A stretch of DNA of 63,254 nucleotides, the filler included, from Pelomyxa schiedti (Eukaryota > Protista > Evosea), in assembly GCA_020536535.1 (NCBI GenBank). It is 8 parts of 8 records of this genome, joined end to end, with 100 filler letters (N's around TTAATTAATTAA, not from the genome) between each part and the next. Parts side by side here need not be neighbours in the genome. Positions count along the whole stretch, not along the records: positions 1 to 20,192 come from JAHLWZ010000586.1; 7 more parts are not named here. One strand, 5' to 3'. The notes below the pieces were generated by a model. It had not been told where the DNA came from. It saw nothing but the letters and a program-made list of their open reading frames with translations, and ran no database searches. This document shows positions 1 through 12,754 of this stretch, piece by piece. Numbering within the stretch: position 1 is the first letter of the stretch; each line of letters starts with the position of its first letter. The position numbers and the translations under genes were made by a program.

Positions 1-188
1 GTGGGGGTGCGGGGAGGGTCGGCCATCATGGGGTCGTCGCCGTCTGCGGCGGGGGGGCGGGCGGCGCGGCGCTGCTGGGCTGTGGGCGGGGTGCCGGGGG
101 GAGTGCGGGCGCGGAGGAGGGAGGGGCCGACGGGCGACGGAGCCTGCCGTGCGGCTTGGCTGCGTGCTTGGGGAGGCGTAGATGTCAT
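1..188 (-). CDS. Possible 5' end of a Pro/Ala-rich protein running off the window edge
   Basis: ATG at 188 (minus) after an A-rich leader. The GC-rich frame begins MTSTPPKHAAKP and appears open to the window start. No domain recognised. Confidence 0.3.
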   Translation of the reverse strand, partial: MTSTPPQARSQAARQAPSPVGPSLLRARTPPGTPPTAQQRRAARPPAADGDDPMMADPPRTP

Positions 189-307
189 TTCGTCGTGTTG
201 TTGGGTTGAAAAGTGTGTTGCCCTGCGACGACGAACGTGCTTTTTTTTTTTTTTTCTGGTTTCCGGGTACAACAAAGTTGGTTCCCGAGTTTGACGATTT
301 TTAGTTG

Positions 308-605
308 GAGACCAAGTTAGGGCTTCAAGGTACACAGCCCAACCATGTAGAAGGACTAAAGGAAAGGGTGCTGTTTCCTATTCTATGTGCTAGAAAAGTC
401 ATCTATGATTGGCAACTCTCTCATGTCGGGTGGCTCGTTCTGATGAGATTCTCGGAAAGCTCTGGGAAGAATCCCTGCACTTCATGTTAGGACCCCTGCG
501 GTAGTATGACTCAAGTGGGAGACATACTTCTGAGCAAGTAAGGACTGACCTGCTTAGAGATTCTGTGCAGTTGCACAATCAGAACCCTGCTCCTTATTGG
601 ATCTC
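308..605 (+). ncRNA. Candidate structured Pol III ncRNA (RNase P/MRP-like)
   Basis: The ends are complementary (GAGA-CCAA 308-315 with TTGG-A-TCTC 597-605) and a 13-T run follows. There is a hairpin with an internal loop (CATGTAGAA 344-352 / TTCTATGTG 381-389; GGAAA/TTTCC), then GAAAAGTC (CR-I-like). CAGAACCCTGCT at 580-591 is CR-V-like. Several further stems are present. Confidence 0.45.
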
Positions 606-688
606 TTTTTTTTTTTTTGTCTCTTTCCTCGACCATCCCGGGCGCTCTTTGCGGGTTCACCACGTCCTATCCCATAAGCAATACATAC

Positions 689-3032
689 ATGCCACGAGCC
701 GCATTCCACTCGAAGCGACTGACCAAATGCCACGTCGCAGCCGCAAAAAAGACCAAATCCAAAGCCAAAGCAAACAAAAACGCGAAAAAGAAAACGAGGA
801 CAACGGCCCTGCTTAAAACGCACGTCGCCAAAGTGAACGAGGACGACGTTGTCGTTCTGCCCCATAAGCGCGCCGCGTCCCCCGTCCCCGACAACAACAT
901 AAGCACCAAGCCGACCGCAACTATAATCTCCAGCAGCGACGACGACGACGAGAACGACGAAAACTCGAGCTCCGAGGAGGCTAAGTACGAAAACAACTCA
1001 ACAGAAAATGGAGATGAAGATGAAGAAGAAACTGCAACTGCAACCAAAATTGATGATACTGATAGTGATGGAAATGAAAGCGTATCAGAAGCAGAAGAAT
1101 CAACTGAGGCCAAGGCACCTGAGCCCAAGAGGAGAAGGAATAGCGACGCCCCTGCTGAGGCAAACAATCCCATAAGTGTTACTGCGGGTAAGGAGTACAC
1201 TGCTTTCAGCCAGCTTGCGGGGGTTGTATGCGCCCCGGTGCTGAAGGCTCTTAAGGGAGAATTCGGGTTCGAGCAGATGACGCCGATTCAAGCCAAAACC
1301 ATTTCGCTGGGGTTGGCAGGCCGCGATATTATGGGAAAGGCCAGGACAGGAAGCGGGAAAACATTGGCCTTCCTGATTCCGGCTGTGAATTGCCTCCTGC
1401 AATCGACTTTCACACAGGTATCTGTTATATCCTACATCTACAGTTCCCTCTTCCCTCCTGATCTAACGTAACTGTTCCTCTCTTTTTGTTGTTTATGTTG
1501 CACAGGAGATGGGAGTTGGAGCAGTAGTACTTAGTCCCACAAGAGAACTTGTGCTGCAGATCCAGCAAGTAGCACAGAAGCTGCTGAAGTTCTGCCCGTT
1601 GACCTACGTGAGTGTAATTGGGGGAACAAGTGTGCGGGGGGAATCGAGTGCACTGAGTCGGGGCTGCTCCTTAATCATGGGAACACCTGGAAGGTTTTAT
1701 GAACACTTAGAAAATGCTGATTTTAAATCCGACAACCTCAAGTATGTAGGCTGCCGCTTATTATTAGTAACTGATTTTTCAAGGTGTCTTGTTCTCGACG
1801 AAGCTGACCGTTTGTTGGACATTGGATTTCTGCCTCAACTGACAAAAATTGTTCTCCGGCTCCCAAAGAATAGGCACACAATGATGTTCAGTGCCACGAT
1901 GCCAGAAAAAGTTGGAAGTCTTGGCGACTTGTTCTTGAAGAATCCCGTTTTCGTGGATGTGGAGGAAAAGGAAAGCAGTGCCACACCATCGACATTGACA
2001 CAGCACTTCATGGTTTGCCCAGCAGAATCCAAGTTTGACTACCTGGTCAGTTTCCTGTGCTCTCTCCCAGCCACTTCAAAAGTTATTGTGTTCATGGCCT
2101 TAAATAAAGAGGTACGTGGCCTTCCCTCCAACTCCAATTTGGCTCACCTTACACCACAGGTCAAGTTCTTCTTCCACTATATCGCACACTTTGTAAAGCA
2201 CTTGCCGGTTTCCATGATTGCGGGCCGAATGTCTCAGAGCAAGCGAACCAATGTCTTCTTTGCTTTCCAGGAGGTTCCTATCTTATTCCTTCCTCGCTAC
2301 AACACCAAACAAACACAAACAATCCAATCTTACACACCACTATCGAAAAACGCCAAAACCACAAAACACCCAAAAAGTAAAACTAAAACACACAAAAAAA
2401 AAAAAAAAACCAACACACCAAAAACCAAAAACAACATCAAGTAACTAATCCAACACCGCAAATAGGCATCGACCGGGGTTCTCGTGTCTACGGACGTGTC
2501 AGCCCGCGGGATCGACATCCCGGCCGTCGACTGGATCGTGCAGTTCGACTTCCCGGTGGAGGCCGACACGTACATCCACCGCGTGGGCCGCACCGCCCGC
2601 GCCGGCCGCCGCGGCCGCGCCCTCATCCTCGCCTTCCCCTGGGAGCTCCCCGCCTGCCGCGCCCTCGCCCCCCGCGGCGTGGTCCTCGACGAGCTCCCCG
2701 CGCCCGCGCCCGCCGCCCAGCCCGGCTGGCTCGTCCCCGCCTCGGCCCGCATGGCCGCCGGCGGCCTCGGCCCCGTCGCGGCCAAGATCACCGTCCCGGG
2801 CCAGCCCGGCGGCGGCACCAAGGCCGTCGAGGTCAAGGTGGCCAGGGCCTGGGCAAAGTGGTACAACAAGCAGCAGCGCATGGTCAAGTTCGACAAGGCC
2901 GCGACGCCGCTGGACAAGTGCCTGTGGTCCTTTGGCTTGCGCGACCCTGCCGACCTTAAAAAGGCTTTGAAGAAACCCCAACAGAGGTCAAAAACCAGAG
3001 GCAGAAAGCCAAAAGGAGAAACACAAAGCTAA
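689..3032 (+). CDS. DEAD-box RNA helicase, Has1/DDX18(DDX10)-like, 5 exons
   Basis: Motifs: Q (GFEQMTPIQ), I (ARTGSGKT), Ia (SPTREL), Ib (TPGR), II (DEAD), III (SAT), V (ARGID), VI (HRVGRTAR). GT-AG introns at 1418-1505, 1742-1783, 2112-2159 and 2274-2466 keep the frame. Lys-rich and acidic N-terminus. Start codon uncertain. Confidence 0.93.
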
Positions 3033-3125
3033 TGAATAGCCCACTTTATTATTGCTGGCAACTCTATCTATCTTTTATTTTTTTTTTTTGCACATGTTGG
3101 TGTGTTGTGGTGTTTGGAACTTATT

Positions 3126-6100
3126 CTAGTCCTCGGCATTGCCGAGATTGGCTCTCATTCTGTCAAAGAGACCTGTCATTGTTCTGATGGCGGCTTGTGC
3201 TCCTTGGGATGTCGCCGCTGCTGCGGAGGAAGCGGCTGTGGCCGCGGAGCTTGCGGCGGCTGCCGCGGCGGTGCTGGCCGATGATGGGCCTATCAGAGAG
3301 GGAAGAGTGATGGAGCCACTAGTGGGTGCAGCCTGCGGCTGGCGTGAGGTGTTGGCCGGTGTTGGTGCGGTTGAGCTTGCGCTCGTGGTTGTTGATGTGG
3401 CCGCTGTGAGTCTCGCTTGGTCGGCGGCTCGGTTGAATTTGTCCACAAGGTATTGCCTATCGGGTCCTTTCAGTCCCTTTTTTGGTGGTTAGGTTGGCGC
3501 ACTGCGGTACTGGTTAACAATCAACCTTCAAATCGATTATCTTTTGGAACTCTTCATCACTTGGTGCCTGTACCAGCGCCAAATAGGTTTCGATGCAAGT
3601 CTCTTGAATTAGTTTAATCTTTCTGGAAAAGAAGAAGGAAAGAACCTTGTGGAGCGCCAGCCACCTTGAGTATTAATTCAGCTTTTGACATTTGCCCATT
3701 CACAAATTTGATAAATCGGTTGCTATGGTTTGTTAGGGGGAAAAAAAAAGCTAGGTTATTTCGTACTTGGCTTTTTTCTCCTTCCTTTCCGGTTGTGCGT
3801 CACCAAAAGGATTTACCGGAGTTGCTGTAACATTAGGAAGTTGTAAGAGGGCTGTTCGAATTGCGGCCATGTCGAGGAGTAGACTTTGAGCACCATTTTC
3901 ACTGATGCGCTTGCACCTGTACAGACGTCATGCCTAAGTTAGGAAAGATGGGAGAGGGATTACTTGAAGATGCAGTTTATCAACTCAGGGCAGAATGACC
4001 CAACAAATAAATCGCAGAAAAATCCATAGTGATTTACCAACCACTTGACAATTTCTGGTGCATCACTAGCAAGGGTGGTCATGATATTAGTAACATATGT
4101 GGACTGGTCGGTTTGAGTGTCGGCCATGGTTGCCCAAGGTTGTTTGGTCATGTCTACCAAAAAAGGCTCCAATTTACAGTTGAGCAGAGTGCTCAATGTA
4201 CGGACTCCTTTCGATATACAGCTGGCAATTTAGGTGAGTACAGGAAAGCTTTTACAACTTGCTGACTTTGCTTTAAGCTCATTCTGCTCGGCGGACATGT
4301 CAACCTTCTCTTTGAACTTGAAAGATATCCTCCGCCTCCATAAGGCACCCATCTGCTCGGTTCTAAGCCGTAAATATTCTGCAGTATTCACGATGATACC
4401 ACAAAGTTCGATTTCCCGTGCTGTTAGTCGCCCGTTTTCTCTGTCGAGGGTCACGGCATTCCCACTGTAAAAACTTTGCATACGGCGGAATTTTTGCACT
4501 CAAAGCGGAAGCGTAACTCCTTATATGCCGCTTGAATACACCATTCAGCTCGAACAACGGTTGCCCATCAGACAGTTCCATACACCGCTTCATACTTGTT
4601 CGGAGGTAGTAAACAATGTCGGTACTACTGTTGAGAACCTGGAAATGAGATTTCAGTTAGTATTTTAATAGATAAGAATTTACTACCTTTTGATCGTTTT
4701 CCTCCTCCACAGTCCATTTTTCCTCACTCAGGGAATTAGAAATGAATTTTGCTATGTTCCTGCAAAAGCACGTAAGACGAAGAGCATTAAACCTACCTAA
4801 AACAACATACTTGTCCTCTTGTGAGACATACAAATCCATATAAGGATCGAAGCAAGAGGATATCACTCGTTTGAATTTAACTGGGGGTGGTGCGACAGCA
4901 GGTTCCTGCAAATGATGTGAAAAAGTGAAAGGAGGGTAATGACATACTACTTTTTCTTTGGCAGTTTCGTCCAAGTATTCCTCATTGTCTTCGATGACTT
5001 CTTCTTCCTATGAAGTATGTATGAGTGAGGAAGTTGCAATAAAAAGGTTCACATTTCACCTCACACTCAAAATCTTTTCTTAGTTGCTTTTCGAAGGTAA
5101 TTGTTTTTTGCAGAGCCTCCACGAGAACTTTAATAACAAGGAATTCTCTGTTTGCCTCTAAAATCCCCATCAACTCCAGCCTTTTTTTCAAGTCAGATGT
5201 AACCGATGTCCGTTTCTATACCTTGTAACACAACAGAATTCCTCAGCGATTAGCATAAAGATATTCCAATCTTGGGGGAAAATCTTATTATATGTGGCCG
5301 CATTTGTAGTTAGATGTGTGTCAAGCCACTTGTACCGCTTTTCCACATTCTCCAGCCGTGCTGTCTAAATGTTTCTTGGTGACTTTCAGGGAACAAAACG
5401 CCCTTACCTCCGATGCTGGAGGGAACATTTCGCGGTATGAGGTTAACATAGTATCACATAGCCATTGCTGAAACTCTTTGAGTCTAAGGTAGATGAAGTT
5501 AATGAAAAGGTATTGAAGTGTTTCTTACTTTACTGGTCCCAAAGATTCAGCCATAAGGCACACATCCAGAAGCTTCTCAATGGCAGTTGCCTTGGAACCA
5601 AAGAACCTGAATTTTATATTGTTATATTTAGGAATGCTGTAACAGGTTGATACAAGTTAAATTCATCCAGTCCGCATTTGTAGACTTCATCCTTAAGACT
5701 GGCAATGGAGTGCAATATGCTAGCTATCTTTGGTATTTGATTGTACTGTTCAAACTCAGCACTCAAAAGAGTGACAACTTCAAGTTTCTTAGCGGCATCT
5801 GCATACTGTTTTTGTGACAGCATAAACTTGACTTGATCCCGGCTACTAACTATTTGTTTGATCATTACTCATTGCCACTCCCTGCGTGCAGTATACCCAT
5901 CATTTGTACTCTTTTCAAAGTCCGAATTGCCAAAGTTAAATTCTTCTTAGCATAATCCAGAGATCTGATCTGGCAACAGATTTTTGTGGCCATAGCCTCA
6001 GAGGCTTCAGCTTTCTTCTTAATATCTTCTACTTTAGAAAAGAGCTCCTTTTTCGCAAGTTGGTACTAGGAATGCAAGCGTTCAAAGGAAGTAAAGCTTA

Positions 6101-6819
6101 CGTCCACATTCTTCATAGCACTGGCTAGATCTTTGCGACCTCTTGCCTGTGACTTACTCTGCTCTCTCACAGCAGCCACAATGTCAGTGTCAAGGTGATG
6201 AATTTTTAGGGCAAGCTTGCCTATTGTCGGTTCCAGGGCGGATAACGACTTCTCTGCAGCAAACAAAAGATACAAAAACTCATCAGCAATGGTTTGGTCA
6301 AAGCAAAAAAAAGGAGGGAAAGGTGGTACGGACGGTACCATCCTGAAACCCCGAGTTGATGTAATCCAGAGGATTGAAATTGGTGGTGTCCATTGGATCA
6401 GATGACGTCATAACGCTAGCAACTGCCTTTTGCAGGTCGTCACTGAACCGGACCACATCCAGAGACTCGACGCCGCTCGGCGCGGCGGCAGCCGACACCG
6501 TGGGGCTTCCCGTCAAAGCAGGCGGCGGTGTGTTGCTCTGCAAAGGCGGGCTTGTTGCCGACGACGAGGAGGACGTCGACGACGTCGTTGACGTTGTGGC
6601 CATCAGAGGCGGCGTAGGCAGAACGAACGGCGGTGGAGCCGTCGCGGTATTTACATTTACAACGCCACCGCCAGATGAAGATCCAGATCCAGACGTAGGC
6701 GGCGATTTCGACGGCGACGAAGGAGGTGGTACACTCTTTCTCGCGGGAGCAGGAGGTGACGCCAACGTGGAACCACCACCCGCACTTGTCGACAACACAG
6801 ATCCCGGGCCACCGGACAT
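3126..6819 (-). CDS. VPS53: Vacuolar protein sorting 53 (GARP/EARP subunit), multi-exon
   Basis: The N-terminal region DPMDTTNFNPLDYIN...EKSLSALE...LDTDIVAAVREQ...IKKKAEASE...IRSLDYAKKNLT is typical of Vps53_N. Later exons include ISSCFDPYMDLYV, IVNTAEY and DQSTYV. Many short introns. Confidence 0.9.
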
Positions 6820-7064
6820 GACGCACCCACACCCTCACTGTTTTCTTTTTTTTACTTTTTTGATCAAACGTGGTTTTGATCTCAAATTATGAATCTGTTC
6901 GGCTGGTTTTCTTCCAGAAGCGAACTCCTTTCGGGGAACACTCACACCACCCCCTTTGTTCCTACCCCACACCCTCTAGATTGGCATCACTCCCCTGCTG
7001 ATAGCAGCTTCCCAGTATCACGGTTTTCTTCTAACACCAAATCTTTCAAACATCCCTCCGGGCG

Positions 7065-10000
7065 ATGATGACAACGCCGCCGGCGCCCTCGGCATTTTCG
7101 AGCCTCGACACCAAGTTGGCGGATCCGCAGCAACCCATAATGCCGCCTGCTGCGGCAGACGGCAGCAGCGGTGGCGACTGCAGCTTCTACGACGACATCC
7201 CGCCTCCCCCTCCGATCCACTCTCCCCCGCAGGTCGAAATCAACGCCACTCAGCCCCAATCTCCACCTCAACCGGCGCATTCACTCCCCGGCTCTCCCAT
7301 AACTGCGAATTCGCGCGCGCGGTGCCCTTCGCCGCCCCCGCCCCCGGCGGTCAACGACAACGCGCCAAATTCGTGGCCCTTGTTGCACCTTCCTTCTTTG
7401 GTAACTGCTACAACAATAACATCATCACCAGGCCATGCTACAAATAATACAACAACACCTATTACTGGCAGTAATTGTAGTGGGGGAAGGGCTGTTGCTG
7501 TTGGTGTTGGTGTTTCCTGCTCGTCTATGTTGGAAAAAGGATGGGTTAGAATGGTGGCCCCGTTGTGCCCTGTGGAACCTCCCCCTATTCCGGGTGTAAC
7601 TGCAATTGCTATTACAGATGCAACTGCAACTGCAAATTCTGTGCCCGGAATTATTACTACTCCTGCTGTTATTGCCACAGGAGGTAAAAACATAGCTGTG
7701 GATACCGGTTCTGGTGGCCGTAACAACTCTGTAGCAATTAACATCCCTGGCGTTTTAGAGGATGATATTAAACCGCCGCCACTTGGTTCACCTGCACTTA
7801 CTCCAAGTTACCCTTCTGGTAGGGTCAGTCCTCGCTGTGAATCCGCTTTGGCGGCTTCCATTCCTCCCCCTCCTCTTCTTTTAGTCCCTCCTCCTTCTAC
7901 TTCCTCTCCTCATCCTTCTATTTCCCCACGGCTGTTAAGAGGAAGTAGCTTCAGAAGTTCAATTCCACCCCCTTTGCTTCCTTTGGATGACTACATTCCT
8001 CCCCCACCTCTGCTCTCAAGGACCCCATCGAGTGCTAATTTGAGAAGTGAGATTGCTATGTTGAAGAGGCAACTAGCTGAGGCCCAGAAGGCTGCGGATG
8101 ACGCCAAGAATTCTTTGATCACACAGCGGAAAGATTTCCGCAGCCTTCTTACCCTGGTCTTATGTACATTTCCAGTGGGTATTACTCCCTCTCCACAACA
8201 AGTATTAGTAAACGCGCTTAGGCCCGCACCAGCTCTGCACTTCAGAGCGGCCGTGCTTTACTCAAACAGTGGTTTGTATTGAAACTATTTTACATTCCAT
8301 TGAGTTCTAATGAATAACCGTAGTACAAATCAATCGGGAATGCAAACACTTTCTTTTCCTGTCCCGTTCCCCGCAGACGGACCTCCACCAACTGTCACAC
8401 TGTGGATTGTTTGGTCAATGCGAATCATGAGTGACCTCCTGTTGGCTACTCCCATCGCTGAACATGTGTCCTCTACTCGCTTCGAGGCAACTCACAGTGC
8501 AATCCACTTGAAATTGACCCAAACAGTAAGCCCCACCCCCTTCTGTGGTTTTCATCTACTTATGGTTTGAAGGACCTGTTAGGTACGATATATTGGTTTG
8601 CTTTCACTAGGACAAGCAGCAAACCGGGGTTCACTTCGCTTATCAACAAGATTCTATCCACTCCTCCCTCCAGAGATGCAACACCTGGAAATAAGCAACT
8701 CCTTTCTGAAATTTCAGAGTCCATGGCAAGGGGATTCAAACTGGATGATACTGACGCAAATGGGCAGTCAATGCTGCATGCCGCCTGGTATTTAGTTATT
8801 TTCGGCATTAACTATATTTGACTTGGAACAGTTCGGCAGGCAACGTTTTTATTGCCAAGTGGCTGGTTTCTCAAGGTGCAAACATCAACTTTCCTGACAG
8901 CACTGGTATTACCCCTCTGTCTGGGGCAATTCATGGAGGCCATCTCTCTGTGCGCTTTCTTTTTCTCCCGCTCTTTCATAACCATGTTAAATGAAGGTGG
9001 CCAATTTCCTTCTCTCCTCTGGATCGGATGTAACTGCAATACAAATGGATACAGGAAATTCCCCAGTGTATTTAATGGCGAGAATGCAAGACCCGCCAAA
9101 TCCAGAGGAATACCGCTCCGTTTTCAAGCGGATTGCCTTTAAGAATGAAGCAGCAGCTGCCGACTGCAATTTTTCTGGTGTGAAAATAACACAAGTATTC
9201 AGCAATGTAACAAGTGTTCAGGGACCTTTCCACTTACAGCAGCAATTAAAGTGAACAATAGAATAGCGGTCGAGGAACTTCTTGCTCTCCCAGTAGTTCA
9301 AAGAGGTTTAAATTCAATCCAAGTATCTGGGATGCCCATATTAATCTTTGCATTGCATCACGGCTGCAGAAGTGATATCGTCACGTTGTTATTAGATGCA
9401 GGTGCTGATCCTAATGTGCGTAACCCGTGATGTTAACACGATTATTCAGGGTTCCCTCCCTACAGATCACAACACAAGATGGTAAGAACGCCCTGGATTG
9501 GGCTCAATCACGCCATTATCCTAAATCAGTACTGGAAGCTCTCTCCGTGGTATGTTTTGTAACCGAAAAACGGAAATCTGACCATTATTTCCAAAGAACA
9601 TTCTTAAAATTCCAGTCGAATTAGTTGTTCACATACTGACAATGCTCCCACCATCAGACTTATTTAGAATACAACGAGTCTGCAAGAGCATTAATCAGCT
9701 CTCTAAGAGTATACTTGACTCAAATGTATACTGGATGACACAAAATTCTTCCAAGGTCTTTCATCTTAATAGATATTGGTGTAACTGTTCCGTTCAGGAT
9801 CAGTGGTTGATCACCAAGACAATTCGGCAAGAACTTGATGCACTCTGCCTGGTACCTCGTATAGCTCTTTCCCCAGGGGAATCGTACCACAAAAGACTGA
9901 AGGTCTTTTTACTCTTGTGGGTGATAACTTAAATCTACACACTTTAGATTTGTATTATAGGGGATCCAGGTGTTGGGAAAACGAAATTGATTACCAAGTT

Positions 10001-10856
10001 AGGGTTTTTTTTGTTGTTACTACTTCTCTAAGCTAAGAAAAAAGGTTTGCAGATGATGTTTATCTAGAGAGTTATGACTCTCTGCCTGATGACTTTCGAG
10101 AAAGGTTCTTTCTTGAAATTTAACCCACTTTTTACACCCCTCAGGAACATTGGAATGTTTGGAGAGGTATATGGCTTTCTTGGGAGCTAATGATTAAACT
10201 TTGTAGGTAATAAACCTTCAAGTGTGGGAACCACGGACACAGAGGTTTGGGAACTCTAGCTATCCTCCAACTAACAGCACACAAGCTCTGCACACTGCGA
10301 ATGGTACAGAGGACTTCGATACTGCTCGATTGTAATTATAGTTTTTGATGTAACGGACAGACTTAGCTTTGACAACGTAAAGCTATGGATTCAGGTTCCG
10401 TAATTTCCTACAACCCTTCTCACTTACTTTTCTCAGGACACAGCGCACTATGCCTCGGAGGATGCAATTGTAATAACTGTTGGAGCCAAATGTGACCTTC
10501 ACGAACAGCGTGTTGTTTCCTACAAAGAGGTACCGCTTTTTATTATTATTATTATTTTTAACACCATTCCTTTCAAACACACCGGAACCGGAACTACTCT
10601 CTAATTCACGCAAAAGGCAGCACAATCGCTTGTAATGGATGATCCCGGAAACCCCATAGGAAAGCGGGAATACTTTGAAGTCAGTGCTAAAACCGGAACC
10701 AATGTTCAGCTTCTATTCCTGAGAGCAACGCAACTAGGGTGCCTACGCTGGGCTGAGAGAGAATCCAAGCCATCATCCCGATTTGTATTCAACACATCGC
10801 CATCAACCGGAGTGGGAACCACGACACCACCAAACAAGAACTGCCTAGTTATGTGA
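7065..10856 (+). CDS. Pro-rich + ankyrin repeats + F-box + degenerate Rab/Ras-like GTPase with CaaX, multi-exon
   Basis: Ankyrin-like segments: DANGQSMLHAA, DSTGITPL, DTGNSPV, LLLDAGADPN, DGKNALDWA. F-box: LKIPVELVVHILTMLPPSDLFRIQRVCK (about 9603-9690). P-loop GDPGVGKT (about 9960), G4 GAKCD, G5 EVSAKTG. C-terminus CLVM-stop at 10856. Confidence 0.75.
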
Positions 10857-11013
10857 CAATATTGTGATTCCGGAATTTCCAATCCAATGTATGTTGAGTT
10901 CTAAAACGAAAAAAACAAACGCAAAAGAAACTCAAAAGCGTTTCAAAAATTAACATGGGGGAAAATTTTCAAAATAGACAAAATGGGTCAGTGCACCACA
11001 GAGTAAGTCATAG

Positions 11014-12754
11014 TCACAAGGAGTCAATAAAGTGCAGCATTTCAAGGTCCTCAATAGGACTCAGGCTCTGCAAGCGGGCCAAGTTTGGTTGTGGGGTACA
11101 ACCAAGAATCACAGTGAGGTTACTCCCGGAAACAGAAGGCTCTGGGTGGGTGTGCTGGTACCATAGGTCATCAAGTAGTGAATATGCTGTTTTGTTGCTG
11201 CAGCAGGAGGCACATAGGCATTCTTCTACACCGTTGTTGTGCAGCTTCTCCTTTTTTTGGAGAAAGGGGAACAGGTTGAATTCCGGTTCAGGTTGTGAAC
11301 AAGTTCCGGCTGTGTCTGATTCTGATTGATCAGTGTTGAGGTTGTAGGAGCCCCGGTATTCGGAGTCAGCGATGGAATCATACTTGTATATGAGGTGGAA
11401 AGGTGGGCATGTTGAAGGTTGGTTGGGAGGGGACATGGGAATGAGGGAAGGGGTTTCCGGTGGTGATGTTGTGCTGGGGTTCAGAGAGGGAGTGTCTGGG
11501 AGTGGAGGCGGGCAGTTGAAACTTGGACGCTGTGGAGTTCGGGGATCAGGAGTAACGGGAGACCTCAGAGGAGGTTCTTCTGTTACTGCGGGAGGGATGC
11601 GGCTCTTATACACTGGTTCCAGTTCTATTGTGAAGTAAGAATTGATGAGAATTACATCTGGGAGGAATACCAAAGATGGTTTCAGTGCGAGCAAAGTTTT
11701 CTTGAGGGGAGGGCCGCTCATAGAGCCTAATTTTCAGTGCGCCAGTGGTGCGGTTTTCTCCGTTAACTTTTGTTTCATTTGCCAGCATTATATCGTGCGG
11801 TACATGCTCTCCAGGTTCCACTTCTGTGAGAAAGTATGAGTCTCCAATTTTCGTTGGAAAACAGATATTACCTCTGACAACAAGGAAGCCGTTCTTCAAC
11901 TTAAGGTAAGGAACCTTGCCATCTGTAGGTTCTTCGCTTTGCACTGAAAGAGTGAACAAAGCCTGGTCATAGGTAGGAACGAAGTATGACGAGCTGGTGT
12001 GCTTGCATATTTTGCACAAAGGCTGCCCAACTCCGCTCTTTCCTGAGGCAAAGTCCTCGCTCTCCGCAGTAGAGGTGCAGTGCCCCAAGCGGAATGCCTG
12101 GCTTCCAGGAGTTAGGAGCCTCCTGGCCTTCGGCTCTGGTGACTGGGCACAGCAAGAATCGTCGTCCTGCAGAGGAGGAACCTGGTGCGGGCACACAGTA
12201 GCCATTCTGGTTTGCTTGAATCCAAGCCCTGCAAGTGTGCATTTTAGACCTTGCTTCCTCCTTTGCCGGACTTTCCTTGACCTCCCCTTTCCCTGGGTTC
12301 TGTTCTCTGTTCTGGAACTATCAGCACCGCAAGGAATTCTTTCCACTTTCAGCTGTGATGACAGTGACAAATAGGGCATATCAGCCGGAGTTGAGCAAGG
12401 TAGTACAGGGGAGCCAGGAGCCTGGTCAGGACTACTGCTGCTTCCATTTGTTGTGTTAGTTAGACTGCTGTGATTTATTACATGTGAATATATTCCATGT
12501 GTTGGTGCCGTTGGTGACTGAATGTGCTGAGGTTGTTGTTGAGCTTGAGGGCTTTTGTTACGGCAGTCACCAGACGCCGCCTTTAAAATTGTGGGAGCCG
12601 AGGATGACAGCGACGAGCGAGGCGATTTGAAGTCGTTCCACTTCCACTTGCGATCTTGGCACCCCGACACAGACGCGGCCTGCTGGGATTGTGGGAGCGA
12701 GTGAGTTGATGTTGGTGATGAGTCGATCAATGGGTGTGCCACGCAGGCCGTCAT
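11014..12754 (-). CDS. Hypothetical Ser/Pro-rich protein (two overlapping ORFs joined by an intron or frameshift)
   Basis: Same-strand ORFs of 382 aa and 235 aa overlap at 11606-11721. No recognised domain. Confidence 0.55.

Noticed and set aside
317-322. TTAGGG / AACCCT as a telomeric repeat or telomerase template
   Set aside because: Only single hexamers are present, with no 1.5-repeat template.
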